Source: Octopus sinensis (taxonomy: Eukaryota). Taken from it: DNA of 64,000 nt. Of the stretch, positions 58,869-64,000 are shown piece after piece. Location of the stretch: positions 11,635,579 to 11,699,578 of the forward strand of contig NC_043026.1 in assembly GCF_006345805.1 (NCBI RefSeq), in the 5' to 3' direction. Numbering within the stretch: the stretch's first letter is position 1; each line of letters starts with the position of its first letter. A program made the translations under genes and the position numbers. The notes under the pieces are model-generated. The model was given only the letters and a program-made list of their open reading frames with translations. It was not told where the DNA came from and made no database searches.

Positions 58869-58884
58869 GGCCCTTTTCAGGGCC
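58869..58884 (+). terminator. Histone 3' stem-loop (H2A)
   Basis: GGCCCTTTTCAGGGCC. Confidence 0.95.
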
Positions 58885-59503
58885 CCTCATTTTCTACACA
58901 TAGTCTTCTTGCCGGTTTTCTTTGCGATCTTTAATGCGGGTGGTTTATCTTGCCCGTTTCTAACATAGGAAACGGTAAAACAACACCGATCCGTTTTTTT
59001 TAAAATACAGATTACCCAAGAGATCGTATCGTGGACATCCTTTAAGTAACTTCTTCCTGACAATAATTTCTTGGATGTTAAGGGCAGTGGCGATACAATA
59101 AGCGGATACGGTGTCAATAGAGAAAGAGCGGGCAGGCGGTGCTGTGATGTGGAACCAGTCTATCCGAATTGCGTGTGTCGGGGCTTAATTTAAACTAGGT
59201 GGAGTCGCTTACAAAGGTTTGATATAAGGGAGGTTTGGCTGTTGTTTCTAGCCCACACTTCGTTTCCTTGTCACTCACATGTTGATGTTTTACAGCCGGA
59301 GTGACTCACGCGTTGTCCATTGCTGGGATTTAAGTAAGAAAAGACGATTGAAACATTTGGGAAAATTCTATTAAAAGAAATATTTTACACAACCCTTTAT
59401 AAGTCACTGTAGGATGACTCCCAGCAATGACCTCTCTGATATTTTAACATTATAAATAAGGGATGGGGGTGAAAAAGTTGGAATTCCAGGATTTTATTAA
59501 AAT

Positions 59504-59664
59504 ATAGAATGGTTGTATACTATCAGTCCAACACGAACGTGACAGTAAGGGGGGGGTACACCACCGCTGTATAGCCCTAGGAAGCATTTCGTAGGGCTAT
59601 ACAGCGGTGGTGCGCACCCCTACTGTCACGTTCGTGTTAGATTGACAGTATACAACCATTCTAT
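59504..59664. repeat. 161-bp near-perfect hairpin (palindromic MITE-like)
   Basis: atagaatggttgtatact...ccaccgctgtatagcccta / tagggctatacagcggtgg...agtatacaaccattctat. Confidence 0.9.
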
Positions 59665-60328
59665 CGCCCCACCACCGTACATGTCTCTGCGAGAGATTTA
59701 GTTTTTCTTATATTAAAGATATAAATGTATCGAAATTTGCCGAAAAATATTGGTCATCAATGTAAGTAAAAAAAAAAGGCTAATAGGTGTAAAAAGATCT
59801 AAAACGAATTTGGGCGAGCGAACGAGGGAGATGGCTTTCGGGAAATTCACACGATCCCTCATAACTTTCAGGAAAGATGGGTACCTTTTCATGAAAGTTT
59901 ATACAGATATCTTTCAAATAGCATAGATTGCAATTTAGAATTTTTAGGGAGTCTTTTTCCAGTGGGTAGGGAAAACAGTTTCGGCTCAGAAATACCACAT
60001 AAGTTATATTTTTAAACTCCCGCCTTCCGGACCAAATTTTTTGCTCTTGAATACTTTTCGGTAAAAGAATTAGAAAATTATTTTCAGAGGTAAAAGTGAG
60101 ATTTAGCTGTCGTTTCTAGCACATCCCAGGACAATCCTCATCGTTTCTCTCGCTCGCGCATGTCTTGATGTTTTTCCAATATTTTTCTCCCCATAAACAC
60201 TATAAAAAAAAATGTGAAGATTTATTTTCTTTCAGTCCCGATTGTTTCTTTTTATAATTTAAAATATTGGAGAGACTGAAGTCATTTCTGGCATTTATCC
60301 ACTGATTTAAAAAAAAAAAAAAGGTATG

Positions 60329-60761
60329 TATTATATACATTTGGAAAATGATAGAGCAAAAGGTGCCAAACTTTGGTATCAAAACCTACCACTCACTGCG
60401 CCACGGAAGACGCTGCCAACTACCACCAATCAACAAAAAGGCTGGCCAGGCAGCAAAAACCCTGCGAGAGTCAAGTCTGTTGGTTCGAGGAGCACAACTA
60501 TTCAACTCCATTCCAGTACATGTCAGAAATCTATCAGGATGCAGTGTGGAATCATTCAAATTGCAGCTGGATAGATACTTAAGCACCATTAGAGATGAAC
60601 CCCATCTCCCAGGATATACACAACGAGCACAAACTGACTCAAACTCGCTCCTACACATGTCAAAATTAAACAGAATACAACCTGGCAACCACACCAGACT
60701 CTGAGGGTGGAGTCTTCGACTTGGCCTGAGCATAGACTCAAACTCAAATGAAATGAAATGT
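60329..60761 (+). mobile_element. CR1/L2-group LINE 3' fragment with short-repeat tail
   Basis: IYIWKMIEQKVPNF...GAQLFNSIP...FKLQLDRYLSTIRDEP...SNSL; tail aaactcaaactcaaatgaaatgaaatg. Confidence 0.75.
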
Positions 60762-62408
60762 AAGAGATAATTAATTCTAAATTAGCGTACTTTCTGTTAG
60801 AAAATGTTTCTCTCTTAGACACACAGCCTTATTTGTTGTTGATGCTTGTATCACCAATGGAGCAAGCGTGTGGTCCAATTGGTATCTTCAAGGTGGTGGG
60901 AAGGGTAAAAATTTTCCAAACCGATTTTTCATAAATTGGCATTTCGAAGGCTGTGATGAAAAACAATTGGAAAATCCCCGTCAAAACGGAGAAATACCAA
61001 ATTTCGTGGTTTTCTTGATCCGAAACACCTCTCCCCACTCGAGTTGTAAAAGCTTTTCTCTTACAAATTTCTTTATAATCGTAAACTATGCCGTTTGAAA
61101 AACAGTTGTATAAACTTTCACTAAAAGATACCTATTTTCTTGAAAGTTGTGAGGGAAAAGTCGGATCGTGTGAATTTTCCGAAGTTCCTCGCCCCACCCA
61201 CCCCTTTTTCATATTCGTTTTCTACACATTTTTTAAAACCTATTAGACTGGGATCTTTTTCTTTGACCTGGAGTCACCAAATATTGAAATACATGTTTGT
61301 GTCAATGAAACATGTGTGGTCATGAGAAGTGCTAGAAATAACTGCCAAATCTCCCTTAAATCACCTGTCGTTTAGTTTCTCCCATAAGTGCATCATGCCA
61401 AGAAAATTGACCAAATTTACTCTGGAGGGAAGGATCAATATAAAGATCCTCATCTGTTGACGAAAACAATAAAAGCCAGCCTACTGGGTGTTAACAACTG
61501 TGTAGAGAACGAAAATGAAAAAGAAATTGTGCAAATTTTCACAAGATCTGATTTTTCTCTCATAGCTTTCGGGAAAAAGGATATACATCGATTTTTTTTC
61601 TTCCCGGAAACCCACGTTTTCGGCTATAGAGAATCCGATTCCGAAAAAAAGATTTTCGAAAATGGCAAATTCAAAATTTCAATTTCCAGCTCCCCCATTA
61701 GACCCCTAACCGCCACCCTATTCTTCATTTTCCACTTTTTCTGGAAATTTTCTTTTGCAAATTACGAAGATTATGATTCTGAAAAAAAAAATTGTAAAAT
61801 TTCAATTTTTTAAAAAGGAATGACAAAATACCCCCAACACCCTCTCCTCCCAATTTTTGGCCTTCAAGCAGGCTGGCTATCCACATGCTAGAAATAACAG
61901 CCAAATCTCAAATGAGCAAGACCATTTTCAGTTCCATACACACGATGTTTTGCGCTGGTCAAATGATTCTCTTTAATTTCATTTTGTCGCAGTATTTCTT
62001 TTGCAATTTCTACTTTTCTCTTTTCAAAAGAGTTTGCTTTTATTTCTGCATTCATATTTTTTAGTAACTTTCTTAACAAAAAAATGAACACTTTAATTTC
62101 ACATGAAAGGGATAGGACATAATGTAATAAAATATATCCCTAAATATCCATGAAAAGACTGGATGAAAGAATGCTTGGCCGGCCATGAGTCTTTTTTTTA
62201 ACATTGCACCTCCTTGAAAAGTGTATTTTACGAATTCTTACGTTTTAGATGTCAGAGGTGGCAAATGCGAAATTTTTTTCAAATTTCACTCCTTAATTTA
62301 AAATGTTGGCTTTGTTTACCTTAGATCCCTGGATCTACATCATATTAACGATAAAGACAAAGTTAAATATTAGGCGATCTAAAGAATGTCTAAATATTCC
62401 ATTCGGTA

Positions 62409-63060
62409 GTACGATGAGAAAAAATATTTTTAGTGTTGACATCACACTTCTGTAAATGAGAGACTATCTTAGAAACAATGTGTATTGTTTCTTGTGAATT
62501 AATCTCTTCGGAAGAAATAAAAGCTTGTACAGTTTTGGATTCGAAACGACATCCGAACTAATTTATAGTTGGTGATTTGTTCTCTAAACTGGCGGGATGA
62601 TCTGTATGTGGTCTTCTCGCTGTGCTGATAACAGCCAAATCAAGAGCGAACCAAATTATACCTACATGAAAGGGAAAGGACACAATATAATATAAAATAT
62701 ATCCTTAGATATCCATGAAAAGACTGGATGTGACAGTGCTTGGCCATGAGTTTGCTCGATCCGGTTTGACTAGGAGTAGGGGAACATTCACAACCAGCTG
62801 GAAGGACATTACTGCAGTTTTTGTAATAATTACAATCTGCTGTAAAGCTTTATGCTGTCTATTGATTGTGTTAATCCGTTAATGTTTTATAACAGAACAA
62901 GACCTCAAATTCGTGAAATTATCAAATAAGACAAAATATTTTTGATATTCGCTAAAATGTCAGCCAGTTTACGTCCGAGTTATCTCCCTTCCGCCGTTAT
63001 CGAGACAGCAATAAAATCTGATTTCATGATTAATATATAACGAAATGGTTACGTTTGCTT
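62409..63060 (-). repeat. Right arm of inverted repeat bracketing the histone genes
   Basis: Reverse complement of 51375-51998; partial extra copy at ~62100-62190. Confidence 0.85.
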
Positions 63061-64000
63061 ATTACCCCTAAGGGTTTACATGGATGGGGACAATACGATG
63101 ATTTGGGGGTCATGTGGATGAAATGGAACTATTTACAGTGAAATCAAATGGATTATTTACAATGAAAAATGAAATTGAACAAGAACAAACAAACAAAAAA
63201 GGGACAAATGAAGTCAAAAGAACAGGGTAGCCGACCCCACGAGCCCTGTTATTTTAACTGAAACCTTTTGGTAAGGGATCACGGCGTGTTCATGCAAGGC
63301 CTTTCACACCTAGCATCCATCTCTTTTTGAATACAGACACCTTTTCTCTTGCCCCACCTTCCTTTTTAGATGGAACCTGAAAAAGTTCGTTAGGGCGGTG
63401 ACAGAGATCATGGTGTCTGACAGACATTATACCTTTCACTCTAGTCTTCCATATAACCCCTTTCGCAACTGCTACCGTCACGAGAAAGCAATGCTTACCT
63501 TCGTTCGTCATGAAACCAGGCGGGTCAATTTTTAAGATTGACTCAGACGACAGCTGAACTCTTCTTCCGTCTGACAACAGGTGTACGGCATAAACCCACA
63601 CGTCCGAAATGGTTACGTTTGCCTTGCCATCACCAAGTCCCGGGTTCGGTCCCATTGCGTGGCATCGCTGGTAAGTGCCACACGTCAGCCGATCGCGCAT
63701 TGAATCTAGAACCACGGTTGCGAAATAAGCTTTTTATTGCACAGCTATGGATACCCTCACATCCTGAAAATATATTTATGACTTTAAATAGTCTAATATA
63801 CCTTCAGCTCGGGGGAATGGCTTCGGAAATTTCACATCTTCAGTCCACGGCCTTTAAACTAACAAAAAATAGTGTAATTGGTGTAAAACTACTTGTTCTA
63901 AACGAGTATCAAGAACACACACTCACACATGAATCATAAACTCCGTATTTTTGTACATATTTCGCAAAAAAAAAATAATAAAGAGAAGAAATGCGAGTGC

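Noticed and set aside
58900-64000. Histone H1 or other host gene
   Set aside because: No Lys/Ala-rich winged-helix ORF or fifth stem-loop seen; ORFs here are short or TE-derived

Overview
AT-rich, repeat-dense metazoan genomic DNA. It is most likely a coleoid cephalopod (octopus-like); this is inferred from the dense KRAB-less C2H2 zinc-finger cluster, the (TA)n tracts and the SINE types. Layout: (1) 1-6.9 kb is TE-rich, with a ~670-bp palindrome carrying two minimal hammerhead-ribozyme motifs (Penelope pLTR-like), a full-length IR/DR DD34E Tc1 element, CR1- and RTE-type LINE 3' ends and tRNA-SINEs. (2) Two paralogous minus-strand poly-C2H2 genes (family A, 7058-9004 and 46435-48240) bracket a tandem array of five 6-8 kb units (10.5-42.3 kb). 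Each unit holds a plus-strand poly-C2H2 gene (family B, 16-21 fingers); units 1-4 also carry a CRE-like retroelement endonuclease relic and MITEs. The array is flanked by a ~520-bp direct repeat. (3) A replication-dependent histone quartet (H3<-/->H4, H2B<-/->H2A, all with 3' stem-loops, no H1 seen) lies inside ~630-bp inverted repeats and is interrupted by further foldback elements. Some frameshifts may be consensus errors. Coordinates were read by eye; repeat boundaries are approximate.
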